Assembly (NCBI GenBank): GCA_012295275.1
Contig: CM022670.1
Coordinates: 6,696,001 to 6,760,000, forward strand
DNA length: 64,000 nt
Direction: 5' to 3'
Source of the DNA: Chrysomallon squamiferum
Lineage: Eukaryota; Animalia; Mollusca
In this document: positions 1-15,163 of the stretch, piece by piece
How the letters are laid out: every line of letters begins with the position of its first letter
How positions within the stretch are numbered: the first letter of the stretch is position 1
Position numbers and translations under genes: made by a program
The notes under the pieces: model-generated
What the model saw: only the letters and a program-made list of their open reading frames with translations
Databases searched by the model: none
What the model was told of the DNA's origin: nothing

Positions 1-977
1 CACACAGTCATAACGACTCGAAGAAAAAAAAAATTAAATGTATATATGTGATAATATGTAGATTTAGTATTCAGAAATATAGACACTCGTAAACGCTAGG
101 TTCAGGTATGTAAGTACATATTATATATAGCAAAAACATCATGCACTTCTTAAACAGCCTTTGAACATAACGTTTTATCTTATCTTCTTCAATAATTTAA
201 CATTATAAAAATATTATATATATTTTTTTAATGGTGTTTTTTTTGGCTACGCCAGTCCTTGTTTAAAACATGTGATTAGATGAAGAGTACACAGAGGAGC
301 GTGTTTGTTTAGGTTACAAGATACTGGGGCTTCTGCTGGCCTAGTCGACGCGATACAGGAAACTCTGCCTGACAGAATAATAAATTTACTGTCACACGCA
401 GATAAGAAAAAAAAAAAATTCTCATAAGTGATTGGAGTTACTGGTATTGATTTAGAGAGAGAAGCTGAAGAAAGCCATCTTACAAAGACTTCTTTTAATT
501 TTCATCCTTTTCTTTCTTTTCTTCTTCTTCGCCTACTTTTCGTTTTTATCATCTTTTAAAAAAAAAAAAAAATTTTTTACAATTCTTCTCTTCATTCTTA
601 TTTTTGTCATATTCAACGTCGTTTTTATTCTTCTTCGTTTTTCTTCCCTTTCATTTTCGTCTTTTTTTTTATCTTTATGCTTCACAGTAATTATTTTCGT
701 TTTCTTTCTCTTCACTACCATAATTTGTTTTTTCATAATTTTTCTTCTTCATCTTCTCTTCATTATTTTTTCTTAATCATTTTCGCTATCATAACCTCTT
801 CTTCGATATAGTCTTCATTATCATCTCTTTAATCTTTATTCGTTATAATTATCTTCATTTCTTTTTTTTTTGCCCTCAAAATTACAAGCCTTTCTTTTTC
901 ATCTTTTTTCTTTCATTTCCTTTTCTTCACATTGTTTTCATCTTTTCTTCTTCATTTTCGTATTTTCTTTCTTTCTT

Positions 978-1011
<34 letters not shown>

Positions 1012-1310
1012 TTTTTTTTTTTTTTTTTGTTTTTGTTTCTTTTAATAAAGATTTTCATAGAATTATTTTTCATTTCTTCTTGTTGTTTTTTTCCATTCTC
1101 TTTAGCTATGAACTCAGAAAAAATAAAGAAAGAAAATTCATGTTTATTATAAAATGCTTCAGTTATACGATATTGGAATAACAATAAAATAAAGCTGTAT
1201 TTAAACCTTACAGACTTATCGCTGAGATGTATGTCGTATCAAAGGTCTTCGATCGATACTTCTTACGTATTTTTTTGTTTTTTATTGAAATAATAAAAAC
1301 AGTATATATC

Positions 1311-1321
1311 TGTGTGTGTTT

Positions 1322-1394
<73 letters not shown>

Positions 1395-1463
1395 TGTGTA
1401 TACGTGTGTTATGTATATGTATATTTGTGTGTTTATATTTGTCGGTGACTGGAAGATGTACCT

Positions 1464-1555
<92 letters not shown>

Positions 1556-1669
1556 CATTCACTCAATATTTGTCTATATCTATCTATATATCTATCTATC
1601 AGTCTGTCGGTGCTGTCTGTCTGTCTGTGTGTGTGTATATAAAAATATCTATATACACATGCACACATG

Positions 1670-1701
<32 letters not shown>

Positions 1702-1735
1702 CACATATAATCTGTGTGTGTGTGTGTGTGATTGT
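1311..1735. repeat. Compound microsatellite (TG)n/(CT)n/(TA)n
   Basis: Direct inspection. Confidence 0.95.
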
Positions 1736-2168
1736 GTGTATAAGTATAAGGTTCAAGTACATCTATCTAGGTCACACATTTTCTGTGTCTGTTCAGGTCT
1801 TGTTTGGTCTAGGATGAACAGAGAGACGAGAGAGTGAAGCGATCTTTCTCCTCTCGCTAATCAGCATAATTTATAAAACATTTTTATTTCCATATTTTCA
1901 ACTCCGTGACATAACAGCTTTGTCTTTACACCTTCGTCAAAAGAGAGTTAAAGATGTTACAGCGACCACAACAACAGCTCCAGGCAGTCACAGGAAAATG
2001 TGATTATGTAACGCGCCGGGTCTAACAGTGTTGTATTGTGCAAACCTCCATAGTATTGCACTTACGCAACGCGGTTATTAGCAATGTTTGTGCCTGCAGT
2101 TAGAAAAAACACAAAACAATTGCCAACTCTCCAGTCAGCCGCTGAGTGCCAGCCCATCCATGTGTGTG

Positions 2169-2225
<57 letters not shown>

Positions 2226-2414
2226 CCGCTCTAAAGAAAGAAAAATCAATGTACATCCAGTGCTTGTCGACAAATTTTCCAATAATTGTACACATCATTT
2301 CACCGAAATCCGATCTGCAGAATAGGTCTCTATCCACCAGAGCTTTTACCGATCTTGTATTTCTCTATTTTATTGTTTTATTATATTATATAGCAGGTCA
2401 TATTTCTCGCTTTC

Positions 2415-2645
2415 GCCAGGCTATGGCTCAGTGGTCATAACGCGTGAATAATGCAAGTGTTGGGATTATTTACGAGTTCATCAAAAGTTTGTGGTCTGTG
2501 CTGCTCTGTCTAAATAATAAAAAGATCATTTGTTGCATGTAACAGACCCCCTCGTTGCTAATCTAACAGTCAACAGAATAACATCGACTGATTTCCTCTC
2601 TTGTATCATTAGTAAGTAAATCATAATTACTTTGATATCAGATAT
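2415..2645 (+). mobile_element. Degenerate tRNA-derived SINE fragment
   Basis: A-box-like tggctcagtgg, then a core resembling recalled gastropod SINEs (gtggtctgtgctg...gttgctaatc...tttcctctc); related pieces at ~14570-14690, ~11950-12040 and, inverted, ~58700-58830. Confidence 0.45.
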
Positions 2646-5039
2646 TTCTCCCTATTAATGGTAAACACTAAAATTTTCAAAAAGTCGTCAAACAAAAAAA
2701 TTATTCACTGATTTTAGTTAAACAGGGAATATTTATGTAGCAGAAATTTAAAACATTTCATGCAAAGTATTTCTGGGAATAAATGACGTATTTTAATTAA
2801 GATAGATTTATTTAATTTTGATGAACAATTCATATTGGAGATTATACATAATAACCGTACTTAATTTTATAGCAATGTAGAGAATATTTATGGATTTAGT
2901 GGCCTTATGGACTGAACTGTAAAAATCGATTAGTAAATTATTTTCTTTTAATCTATTATTCTGTATTTATCTCAAAGATTATTAATTTTAATTGGAAATT
3001 TATGCTTTAATTATCCAGGAAAGGCAGTTCTTTTAATACAATTTTTTTTTAGTATTTACGTCTTTCTGTCGTTTGATCCGAAATCATCTCTTTGTACTGA
3101 GAATATTTCATTTTTTTTTTTTAATTTCATTTTATTATGTCTACAAACAGGAGGGTTTAAACATAAGCTACACAAACTAAATAGTCGTCTCACAGGGCCA
3201 GTTTTATTAGTTACATTTTTTTACAGTTTCCCGCAGCTTAATGTCCCACAACCTACAGTGACCTCTCGACTGAACTCTTATTTTCTGACAAAAGTGACCA
3301 AATAGGGCTTCTGAAAACTCTCCTTGGTAATAGGTGTATTCGAGTTAAAACTCCAGACTTGAGTCTGGGTGCATTATGATTTTCAGATTTCTAACTGGTT
3401 TTTTTTACTGGATTCGAATCGCAATTGTTGAATTTTAATCTACATTTTATAGTTTGGTTTATTGTTACGAGACGTATTAACCTGATTTCGTCTGATGACT
3501 CAAATTCGTGTGTGTGTGCTTTCATGTCTGTGACAGTATTACACACAAAATATCTTATTGTCCATCCATACACAACAACTGTTTTCTCATATTTTCTTTA
3601 TGAAAGTTTTGTTTTCCCTCTAAGTCCGTCAGTACAAAAGTTTTCTCTTCTCTTTATCAGCTCATTTTTCTATTTGTCTTCTATCTTTCATTACTGATAT
3701 AGGTTAAAAGGTGTTTATTGTGGATCAATGTAAAATTATCACACATTAAGGTCACATTTACTAATATACTGGCGTTCTGTTTAACCTAATGGCCTGAACA
3801 AAATAAGCCCACTTATTGTTTTTTAGCTGCAGAGCTTTTGCACATGATTAGTTTTAATCGTGTTAAGGTTTGAGATATTAAAACATGGATTCAGATTACA
3901 GTTATTTGCTTGGCTGATAGTGATTTCAGTATGAAACATTTTTTCAAGACACCATATGAATATATCTGCATGTACAATAAAAGATATACTTTGTAAAAAC
4001 ACTGAAGATCATTTTCTGCGATGTAAACTTGATATTGATTTAAAGCTAGGGTTGAATTTAAGCGGAAAGTAAATAAATTACTACATGTGATCTTGCATAC
4101 TGAAGTTGTCACTTAAAATTTCAATTTATTTTTTATATATTTGAGAAAAAGACGATTTAATCTAGAATAAAAAGAATATATAATATTTTTGACGATGACG
4201 GACGGTACCAATGTGATAATAAAACTAGATCTGGGTTGCTATCAGTAGTATTTAAATATAGCACTGAAAAGATGCTTGAAGTGAAGTCGATGGTTTGGTT
4301 TTTGTACAACACTCGACAAATATTTCATATCTGATGCAGTGATTCATAGGCAATCTATAAATATTTGAGGCGTTTAATTTGCAGAAAAAGCTAAGATCTC
4401 TGAGTTTTGTGTCAAGCATGTAAGGGTTATCTCTGAGTGTTGAATCTTGTTTGAGTGTTGTGTACAGTTTCTGAATGACTGAATGATGATAGCCCAACAA
4501 GAAGAAACTGAAAGCTGCTGAACTTCAAGATTTTGATATTTATGTTTACAGTTCAGATTTGTACCAACATTTGTGCAGTTTAATAAGTCACATGATCTGT
4601 TTAACTTACGTTGTTATTTATTTTTTTGTTTTGGCTGTTTAAGTTTAATTTGGCTTTTGCTCTAATTTTACTAATTATTTTGTTTCTCACATGTGGCAGT
4701 TAGAACTATTAACTGCCAATCAAATCTTCTGTATCTCTTCATAATAGAAATAAAAACGAAATCATTAAAAAGAAAAAAAAAATGTGGTCACTTTTTACGT
4801 ATGTTAAAATATACCATAGATAAACAATACTCTAAAAACATTTGTTCTTTTTCAGCATAAAAAAAAAATATATAATAATAAAAAAATAAAAATAATAAAT
4901 AAAAAAAAAAATAATAACAAAATTAATGAATAAAACAAAACAAGACGAAACATAGCAGACGCAGGCTAATAAATGTGAAAAGAAATTAAATGAAAATAGC
5001 TTTGTGTAACAAGCCGAGCGGCCACATTAAAAGTCGTTT

Positions 5040-5435
5040 TTATTGACTTTCAGTCCCGCGACTCGAGTAGTGATTGCACTCCCAAATCCTGCATCTGGTC
5101 TCAGTTAATTACTTATTATGAAAGCAGAATCGTACGTTCCTGCCGTTTAATTCCCAGCAGAGACAGTGAGAGAAACAAAAGCTTTGGCTGTACTGTACAC
5201 GGCGATAGCAGCACACTAACTGCCATTATTTTCGTATTTGCATACACGTATTTTTGCCAGCAGGAGCCAGCCGGGCGGCGCGCGCTCTTCTCGTCCAAAT
5301 TCTCGGTCCGGTAGATTTCGTTGATCGAACGGCGGCCCCTGGCCAGATGAGCACGTCAAAGTGATGCACACCGTTCTCTGAATTCCTCGCCACTGGATTA
5401 CGATGGACGAAAGTTCGCCAGCGTTCTCTTGCATC
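5040..5435 (+). promoter_or_regulatory. CpG-rich island with candidate distal first exon (uORFs, then ATG 5403 MDESSPAFSCI, donor at 5436)
   Basis: Locally GC/CpG-rich (ccgggcggcgcgcgc); ACGATGG Kozak context; ATC|GTGAGT phase-0 donor followed by abrupt AT-rich sequence. Confidence 0.45.
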
Positions 5436-6586
5436 GTGAGTAGTCAAACTTGCTTATTTATTTCATTATTATTATTATTATTAATATCTAAAAAAAAAAA
5501 ATTTAATGTGTTTTTTTCTTTTTATTTAATTTATCATTTTCAGTCCTAGCACTGTCTAGTGTCAGCTCAGCGTGTTTCGTATATTGATTTACGTTTTATT
5601 ATAAACAGATCTTTGAAATTGGTTTTACTAACAGGCTGTCGTGTTTGCACAAACCTTCACGCTTGTCTTCGTTCACAAAAAACAACAACAACAACCACAA
5701 CAACAAACGATCGCATTTTACATGTATTGTTTGGAAGGACTATTCACTGTAAGTGTAATTTACGTTATCACTAATTGCTAACAACAGTCGTGTATTTCAC
5801 TGCGGACTCTGTAACAGAGGACGACCACTGACGTATCAGTTCTGTCTCGCACTTGTCTTGTCAACACGCAAGATGAGGATAAGTTAAACCAGATTCAGAT
5901 GAGACTCGAGTGGCCATGTTTACACAGACGTTATTCTCAGTTAACATCAGCAAAATAGAATCTGACTTCTTTACATTTTCTAAATCTTCAAAGCTGCTGA
6001 TATCACTGCTGCTGCATATGCCGTTGGCTTGATAATATCACTAATTCGATCAACAATATCGCGTGGAAGCATTCCCATCTTTACAATAAATACTAGAGCT
6101 ATCAGTTTATATTGATCTTTAAACATAATCCAGTATTTAAAAAAAAATCAAACATTTCGTTGTTGATATGGGAAAGATTATTATTCGTAATATCTTACAA
6201 AATAACATAAAAATTATATCATTAAAAAAAAAAAAAAAAAACCCACCAAAACATGAACAAAAAAACATTGAAAAAGAAGTGAACGCGAAAAAATATCGAA
6301 ATAAATGACAAATAATGCTTAAAGGAAACTAGTAAAAAGAAAATAGTATTATTTTAATGCGTTCTTCAGAGTGGTCGTATAATGTCAAACCTCCATACAA
6401 CATCTGGGGTCTCGTTTGAAAATCTAATTCATCTGTTTAGATTGAATATTTTCACTGATGACTAACGAAGGATTTTTTTAAAGATAAAATCTGTTTCAAT
6501 GGTAGCTTGCAGATAGAGAAATAGAGAGAAAGAAAGCAAAAGAGGGAAATGGAGTAAAAAGACGAAATGGAAATCAACGAGATGAA

Positions 6587-6658
<72 letters not shown>

Positions 6659-6758
6659 AGGAAAAGAAAAAGAAAAAAAAATAAATCAAATTAATAAAAT
6701 AAAATAAAATAAAAAATAAATAAAACCCAGAGCGAGTATAAATGAAAATGATGTAGAC

Positions 6759-6790
<32 letters not shown>

Positions 6791-7708
6791 TACTAGACCA
6801 GTCTGTTGAGAATAACCCAGATATTCAAAACAAATTTACATTTCAATTTCTTATTTTTCCAGCGACCACATAGATGTGTGTGTGTCGCTTCTCGTTACCG
6901 ATAATTTAAATATTTTAGAGTTACGACGTCAATGAGGGCGCTGACGTGAACAAAGCCATTGTTTCAAGATGAAATGGATTGCAATGTGTAAAATAATGTA
7001 TATATATTACTGGGAAAGAAAAAGTAAGATGGAGGAAGGAAATCGCATGTGAATGACAGACATAATTTAAATCATTTTTAAATTTATCATTATTTAGATA
7101 AAAAATTGGTATACATTTCTTTTCACTTCTATTTTAATGATAATTCAGTAATTTTAAACATTTGTTCTAAAAGCGCGGGTTGCTATGGTTTAATTTGTTT
7201 ATTAATTTGTAATGTGCCAATCATTTAAATGTATTTTTAGTTCTAGTGTATGTATAAGTGATAAAATAAGATTTTAAAACATTTTTTTAATTTGACAACA
7301 ATGTTAGTGTTTGTTGGCACATTTATAGATAATTTAAGTTTATAGACAGTTTAAAACAGACACTCCTATTCTTGTTTAGAAATCATCTTCTGGCAAGATT
7401 TAGTCTGGTTTTTGTTAGGTTTTAACTCAGAAGAGTCTTGTTTTTTTTTTCATTTTCTGCTTTTTGTTTTAACTCTAACGCTAAAAGGTCTTTGCAGATT
7501 TATTTGTATTTTTAGTGGTTAATTGTACTTCATGACTTTTGCTTATAGCTCTGTTTAAAACGTTTATTTATGTATGTAATGCACATTCTGATTCAGATGT
7601 AGAAGCTTATCTTGGACATTCGACCCTATTTTTAGCCGACCTTTCAATTCCATTGAAATAACAGTCATTATGCCTCCCCTTTCCTGAAATCGCGGGTCCG
7701 TTTCTGTG

Positions 7709-7937
7709 ACATCACGTACATATGAAACAGCGTAGATTCTATGTCGGTTGAACACATCACGTACATATGAAACAGCGTAGATTCTATGTCGGTTGAACAC
7801 ATCACGTACATATGAAACAGCGTAGATTCTATGTCGGTTGAACACATCACGTACATATGAAACAGCGTAGATTCTATGTCGGTTGAACACATCACGTACA
7901 TATGAAACAACGTAGATTCTATGTCGGTAGAACACAT
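7709..7937. repeat. Minisatellite, 45-bp unit x5
   Basis: Near-perfect head-to-tail copies of acatcacgtacatatgaaacagcgtagattctatgtcggttgaac. Confidence 0.95.
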
Positions 7938-8670
7938 ATGTCGTGGTAGCACATGGAAATTAATTCACACTGCAGTGCATTAACTGAAAGACCGGAGAAA
8001 CATGGTTTCTAAAAAACGTGGATTTAACAATGAGTCAGACTGAATATTAACTGAAACGTGCAGAGTTTAATATCACAACTGTGGTAATATGTAATAACGC
8101 AGTTAATGATGAGTTCATTACTAATACCCCCCAACATTTTTTTTAATAAAAATTCCCAATAAAAAAACGACCACCTCCCAACCCATCTGCCGTTAATAAA
8201 CCCATTAATAAAGTATTAATATATGACGCTTTACCTAGCCCAGTACTTGTCATTGATTATGTAATATACATTTTAATAACTAACAGTCGTTATGTACATA
8301 GTGTTATTATATCTGTAACGTAATTATAACAGATACAGATCAGTGTGTATATAATAAATAGATATGTCAGCGAGTATGCAACACACGCCATCAGCTATAT
8401 ATTATATATTATTAGTAGTAATCAGCGTATATAACTGTCATGTAATATAACCTATCACTGTACTTATTAATATATATCTTATTGCATATGTAATATACAT
8501 TATATTTATTAACGTAACTGATATACATGTATTTATATATAATAGTCTATGTAATATACATCATCATTTTGTTCACAGTGCCTGTAAACAAAAAAATGTT
8601 AATGTTTAATACAGATTAATAACTATACTTATTCCTTTAACAAACCTCCCAATATTGTGACGTTGACAGT

Positions 8671-8720
<50 letters not shown>

Positions 8721-8844
8721 TTATTTATTTTGTTTTGTTTAATAATGATATGAAAGAGAAAAAGAGTTCTGTCAAAACATGATATGCCCTTTTTGATCAG
8801 ACATTTGATTTTTTGCATCCATAATCTCTTATGTACATTACGTC

Positions 8845-9040
8845 AATCGCAGACACTGATTGGAATGGAAAATTACCTCCAGGAAATGATCCTGCGACAT
8901 AGCGACCAAGAAACTGCACTTATTTATTTACTTATTTACTGAAGCGTTGAAATGATGTAAACTATCACCCGAAGGAGATCGATCCCGAATACCACCGCGC
9001 ATCGGGCAAATTGCTGTAACCATTAAAACTGCAGCTGGTG
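8845..9040 (-). mobile_element. Degenerate SINE fragments (tRNA-like head on minus strand)
   Basis: gagatcgatcccga..accgcgcatc..ctgtaaccatt reads as a reverse-complement tRNA-like B-box/A-box; the 31-mer atcgcagacactgattggaatggaaaattac recurs nearly identically at ~14084-14113. Confidence 0.45.
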
Positions 9041-9839
9041 TCTCAGCCTTCGTTTACGTGGTGTAAATAGGAAGATGAAAGGAAAGCAGTTCATGTTTTG
9101 TTAGTTAATGTAAAATTTACGAACTCAGGTGGCATCTGGTCCTGTGTGAGTGTTTAAATGAGGACTGGAGTTCAGCTGAACGTGTGATAGAGTTGTAGCG
9201 AGATCTCGTGGAAACCACGTCACTGTACGACATGACTCCAGTCTAAGGTCGCATTTTCTTTGTAGAAGTACGGTTTTTTTTCTGTCTTTATAATTAGCTG
9301 ATTTTTTAATTTATTTTATTATTTTTTTTTTTTTTTTTTTTCATTAACGTGAAACATCCATTCATTCGTTATGTAGTTAAATTAAAATCATTTTGAAAGT
9401 TATTACCACAACAAAGACGACTTCACTTTAAGAAACTTAGAAAGTTGTCCTTCATTAAATTAAATATGAAATCGGTAAAACAAAATGAAGATTCAATTAC
9501 CGTGACTAATGCGCTGACCACACCCACTGACCCGAATTATTCAGAATATGTAAGTAAATAAATAAATAAATAAATAAATATTTGAAATATAAATTGCTAG
9601 GATTAAAATGTAAACAATCTCTGAAAGTAGCGTGAGAAAAAACAGTTATTTAAATCTATTTTTAATCCACTGTTTTTCTTCTTCTTCTTATTATTATTAT
9701 AAGTAATAGTTGTAGTAGTAGCAGCAGCAGCAGCAGTAGTAACAGTAGTAGCAGTAGTAGAAGTAGTTTCAGAGAAATAAGAGGTAACAGTAATAGTTGT
9801 CATCATCTCTGCGTCTGAAGTGAGTCTCAATATCTTGTT

Positions 9840-10190
9840 TCTTCATATCTTGTGCTATCCTTATTTCAGGTGATTCCTTTCCAGTACTCATCTAGTTCAT
9901 CTCTCCATTACCTCGTTAGTCTTCCTCAAGATCGTTTCCTATTCGTATGGTTTCCAAGTGTGAAATGTCCATCGGGGTTATCTTGTATTCTACTGACATG
10001 CCTTGCCCAAGTCCACTTCTGTCTTCTAACCTGTTTAATCACATCCGCGTCTTTTGTTTTCTCTCTCACCCAGATGTTTGTTTTCCGATACGTGAGGTTT
10101 AATACGCTTCTCTCCATCTTTGTGTGGCTGCTAGTTTGTTCTTTGTCTGTTTGATTAGTTTCCATGTTTCCGCACTTCATTGCTGGGAGT
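9840..10190 (-). mobile_element. Degenerate 5'-truncated RTE-type LINE fragment (C-terminal end of RT ORF)
   Basis: Minus-strand peptide MERSVLNLTYRKTNIWVREKTKDADVIKQVRRQKWTWARHVSRIQDN fits the RTE C-terminal motif MER.MLG...N..IR..T.V.D.....KW.WAGHV.R; frameshifted afterwards. Confidence 0.8.
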
Positions 10191-10314
10191 ACGCGTAAGT
10201 TGTGGATTTTGTCTCTTCAAGAAGGTTCCAGAAGTAGTAGTAGTTGTATTGTCATCGTTATCGACATTGCTTTTGCAACGCTTCATTTACTCATTTCAAT
10301 GTTAGAACTAACGC

Positions 10315-10353
10315 TAATAATAACAGAAATAATAATAATAATAATAATAATAA

Positions 10354-10384
<31 letters not shown>

Positions 10385-10520
10385 AAGAAGAGAAAGATGA
10401 AGAAGAAGAAGAAGAGAACGATGATGAAGAAGAAGAAAAAGAGAAAGACGAAGAAGATGATGAAGAAGAAGAAGATGATGACGACGACTATGAATAGGGA
10501 GAAGAAAAAAGAAGCAGAAA
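10315..10520. repeat. (AAT)n/(GAA)n trinucleotide tract
   Basis: Direct inspection. Confidence 0.9.
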
Positions 10521-11243
10521 TGATCTTATGGCTTAGACGCATGTTTACGACATTCAGCTGTCTTAATATGCAAACACTGCTCACCTATATAGTCTGTTCA
10601 TATTCATTAATAACACTACATCTGCATAAGATACTTTTTGTCAATGTCCTTTTATTGGCTAAACGGAGCCGCGCTGCTGCAGACAAGCGTTTTACGACAG
10701 TACATTAGTGTCAGTACGTTATCAATCATACATTATCTGGATGGATGTAGTCCAGTGAAAGAAAACCCCAGTGTCGGATCCAGCTTTTTCAAAGGAGGAT
10801 GGTCATCGTTGTGATCGCCATCACGAGCCACTTAATTTATTAAAAGGTTGACGTTAGCATGTGGCACGTCGCAGGGGTGAGTTCCCCACCCTCTCTCTCG
10901 CGTCTGCGTTCTTTCAGTTCTTCTGTAGGCTAAACGAATGCTTAATGACGTTTGTCATTTCATATCAATACTAAATTATTGGGTTTCGCGCACAATTTAT
11001 AACCGTAGCGTGCGACCATCACTGATGACATTCATTATTAAGATATTAGCCAGTAACCTTTAGCGGTTTCGATGAACGCCAGGCTATTCCGTCAGCGAAT
11101 TAATGAAATCGAAATGACAAACCCAGCGCTTTGTTGAAAAAGGTAATTTAGAACATAAAAGTACCATGATATTTTGGTTCAGACGTTTAAGTAAAATATT
11201 TACGATAGAAAGAAAGTAATGGATTGTTATTATTGTTGTTATG

Positions 11244-11287
<44 letters not shown>

Positions 11288-12915
11288 TAATAAGAAGAAG
11301 AAGAAGAAGAAGAAATCGATATAAAAAGGGTTTATGATTCAGTATGATTCTGGGTGTAATATTAATAAAATGTTTTCTCCGATCCAAGGATACAAAAAAG
11401 ACATTCTCGATCTTTCCTTCTGTCTCTCTGACTCTAATTCTCTTTCTCTTTCTCTTGTCAGTACGCGGATTGTCAAAGACTTTTCCAGTTGTCCAAAATT
11501 AATTAAATTTTTGTACACAAGAAAATTTTAATTTATTTCAAGCATGTTGGATTTAAAAAAAAAAAAAAAAAAAAAAAAATAAAAATAAAAATAAAAAAAA
11601 AAAAAATAAAAAGGAGCAAAAAAAAGATTAAGAAGAAAAATATCGAAAAATTAAAAAAAAAAATTAAAATTAAAAAATAAAAAAAAAAAAAAATAATAAA
11701 AAGAAAAAAGAAAAAAAAAAGAGATGTAGCGCTCTAGAAAAAAGAAGAAATGATAAAATTAATTTCTGGTGTTCACACATGCTACCGCACTGAGCCAGTG
11801 TTAATGTGTCGAACTGAGTTGATTTGTTCTGGTGGAAGTTTGCCCGAGGAGAGGATTAGGTTCACGTCTTTAGACGAACCCATGATGAAACAATGTCAGT
11901 GAGTGTCGCGCAATTTTCTCTCCTCTTTATAGACTGTTTCTTTCTCTAACAGACGACATCGGGTTTCCTCTCTCATACTCCTCGTTAGTCTGTGTGTAAC
12001 AACTAACACTTTGTGTTTAAATATGCTGATGTACGTTAAATAGAGTTTTACTGATCAAGTTAGCAGTTGTTTGTGTGTGATTATTCTAAGTACATGAAGC
12101 GAAAACCACATATTTAAAAACAACACATATTCGATGGCTGATAGGCAAAACCTGGACACTGTGCTGGACTAATCATTAATAATATATTAGTAGATTGTTT
12201 ATAGCATCCTTAACGCACTAGAAAAATGAAAGGCAAAAATGGAATATATAAGGAAATAAATACATTTAAATCAATATATATGTATGTGTATATTGGTGCA
12301 TATGTGTCTCTATATATATCATCGTAAATAAATACATATCAAAATATAAATAAATAAATAAACAAATAAATAAATAAGTAAATAAATAAATAAAAAATAA
12401 TAATGAATAAAAGAAAGAACAAATGATAGAATGAAGTAAAAATAAGGAAATGTCACAACAAATAACTACAACGATTAAACATGTGATAACAACTTGTTTA
12501 ATCTTTCAAAAACAGATTTCGGGTGTTACAATAAAATCACAATGATATACATGAACATCAACATTGTCGTCGTCGTCTCATTATTACTATAGTAAACGAA
12601 TATCTCTGAGATTACATAAGAGACTGGTATAAATTGAATACATGTATCTAAACTCTACTAATGATGTAACTGTTGTTATTATTATTTATTTGTTTAGAAT
12701 GCAAATACATTAACATGTCAGTGAAGCCAACGGAGACAGATTAATCCTGATAGCTTGTATAAAATTAATAATTAAACTCTTGCATGCTCCATGTATACAA
12801 AGAAATACGGGCGGATCAAAAGGCACTTTACATGCGAAGTAGAGCTGAGCACAATAATATGAAGTAAGCTTTCATTTGTTGGAGTGTTTTGGGATCTAAT
12901 ATTTTTGTACTTCTT

Positions 12916-13560
<645 letters not shown>

Positions 13561-13980
13561 TAAAATCAAACTGGTTTAAAATGAAGTTCATGGAAATTTA
13601 AGACAGATATCCTACTTAAGGTCTCAGATCACGTAGATGAGAATCCTTTGACATTAGCTCTGGAATTTCCATCAGCAACGATTTTCAAGAGATTGCCAGT
13701 CTCCGCGTCAATACTCTCTCTCTTGAATAGCGCGTCTTAATCAATGCCTGACACAGAATTAAAGATTTAGATGCACCAAAAGTTTATCATTTATTTTTTC
13801 AAATGTCACTTCAGTGACTTGGGAAATTGCCTTGTGATTCTGAATATGTCGAAAGAATGTAGTGGTTTTATTTATAGTGTCCTGGTCAGGCTAACTTCAT
13901 GAAGCTGGTGGAAACGTACGGAATTGAGTTGCTTTTTTTTTTTTTTATAGTCGAATGGAGGCTAGTAGTAAGAGATTGAA

Positions 13981-14033
<53 letters not shown>

Positions 14034-14133
14034 TTACTATATATATATATATATATATAAAATTTATTAAGTACATTATGTTAATCGCGGACACTGATTG
14101 GAATGGGAAATTACTAGTACTATATATATTTAT

Positions 14134-14193
<60 letters not shown>

Positions 14194-14280
14194 CATGGTT
14201 TATGTGGTGTAAGGTATATTTGTTATTGTTATTTATTAAGATCCTGGTTTTGTAACAATACTGACATTCATGAAAATATA

Positions 14281-14493
14281 CAGGGTTGTCCAAAAGTAGG
14301 TGGACAGTATGTTGGTTAGAGTTAGGGTTATATTATTACAGTGGTGATCATTATAACTATGGTATTTGTGCTATACTATTCAAAATTTTATAACTACAAT
14401 CCTGTCCACCTACTTTTGGAGTAAATATAATGGTATATGTAATGCCAAAATAAATGTTATCATTTACTGTCCACCTACTTTTGGACCATCCTA
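14281..14493. mobile_element. Tc1/mariner-type MITE
   Basis: About 29-bp TIRs (cagggttgtccaaaagtaggtggacagta / tactgtccacctacttttggaccatccta), TA on both flanks, and an extra internal TIR copy at ~14402-14420. Confidence 0.85.
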
Positions 14494-14841
14494 TATACTT
14501 ACTGATATATTTACTTCGATAAACTGACGGTATGTCTGAAAACTTGTAAATCGAAGTATTCGTTCACTGTCTGTTTCCTTTCCACCCAGCCTTTCCAAAA
14601 ACTGGTTTATCAAAGGTTATCAATACTCTTCCTGTTTAATGGAAGGTGCACGTAATATATCATATGCCGCTAATCGTCTCCCCTGTTAATGATTAAATTA
14701 AAAATCGGTTTACGAGATGTTAAAAAAAAAAAAATGGATTCCTTTATTTATAAAGAAATTATATGTTTATCACCTGACAACTGTTCATTTGAAAATATGT
14801 GCAGATGTAAAGCAAAAATGTATTCATTTATTAAATTTAAC

Positions 14842-14892
<51 letters not shown>

Positions 14893-15155
14893 ATATATAA
14901 TAATACAAATTTGCTGAACTGTTTAAAGTAATATTTATTTTACTTGTTGTACATCGATTTAATCATAGCTTTTGTCCACCAGTCTTTTACTGGTTGCCTA
15001 TCTCTCTGAGACCATCTGCAGTTCAACTTTTGAAATATGACTACAGCGTTCTTATTCAGTGTATTTGTTCTGTTTGGCGCACTTTTAAAAAGAAAATATT
15101 GAACGACTATAGATAAACATCATTATCCAACCAGGCGATGTGCAGTACGAAGCTC

Positions 15156-15163
15156 TGACGTCA
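15156..15163. promoter_or_regulatory. Palindromic cAMP response element TGACGTCA
   Basis: Perfect CRE, with a half-site TGACG about 90 nt downstream. Confidence 0.25.

Noticed and set aside
533-2440. Cluster of overlapping ORFs
   Set aside because: Translations of (TG)n, (CT)n and pyrimidine-rich low-complexity DNA.
7709-7937. 45-bp repeats as a CRISPR array or repeat protein (ORFs 7564-7935, 7668-7952)
   Set aside because: The units are head-to-tail with no unique spacers, there are no cas genes and the context is eukaryotic. The ORFs exist only because the unit length is a multiple of 3.
10164-10708. Poly-N/poly-K ORFs up to 154 aa
   Set aside because: Trinucleotide microsatellite artefacts.
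10770-10912. CGGATCCAG-type DNA transposon remnants (similar ends at ~7665-7707 and ~24363-24644)
   Set aside because: Termini and TSDs are too degraded to delimit reliably.
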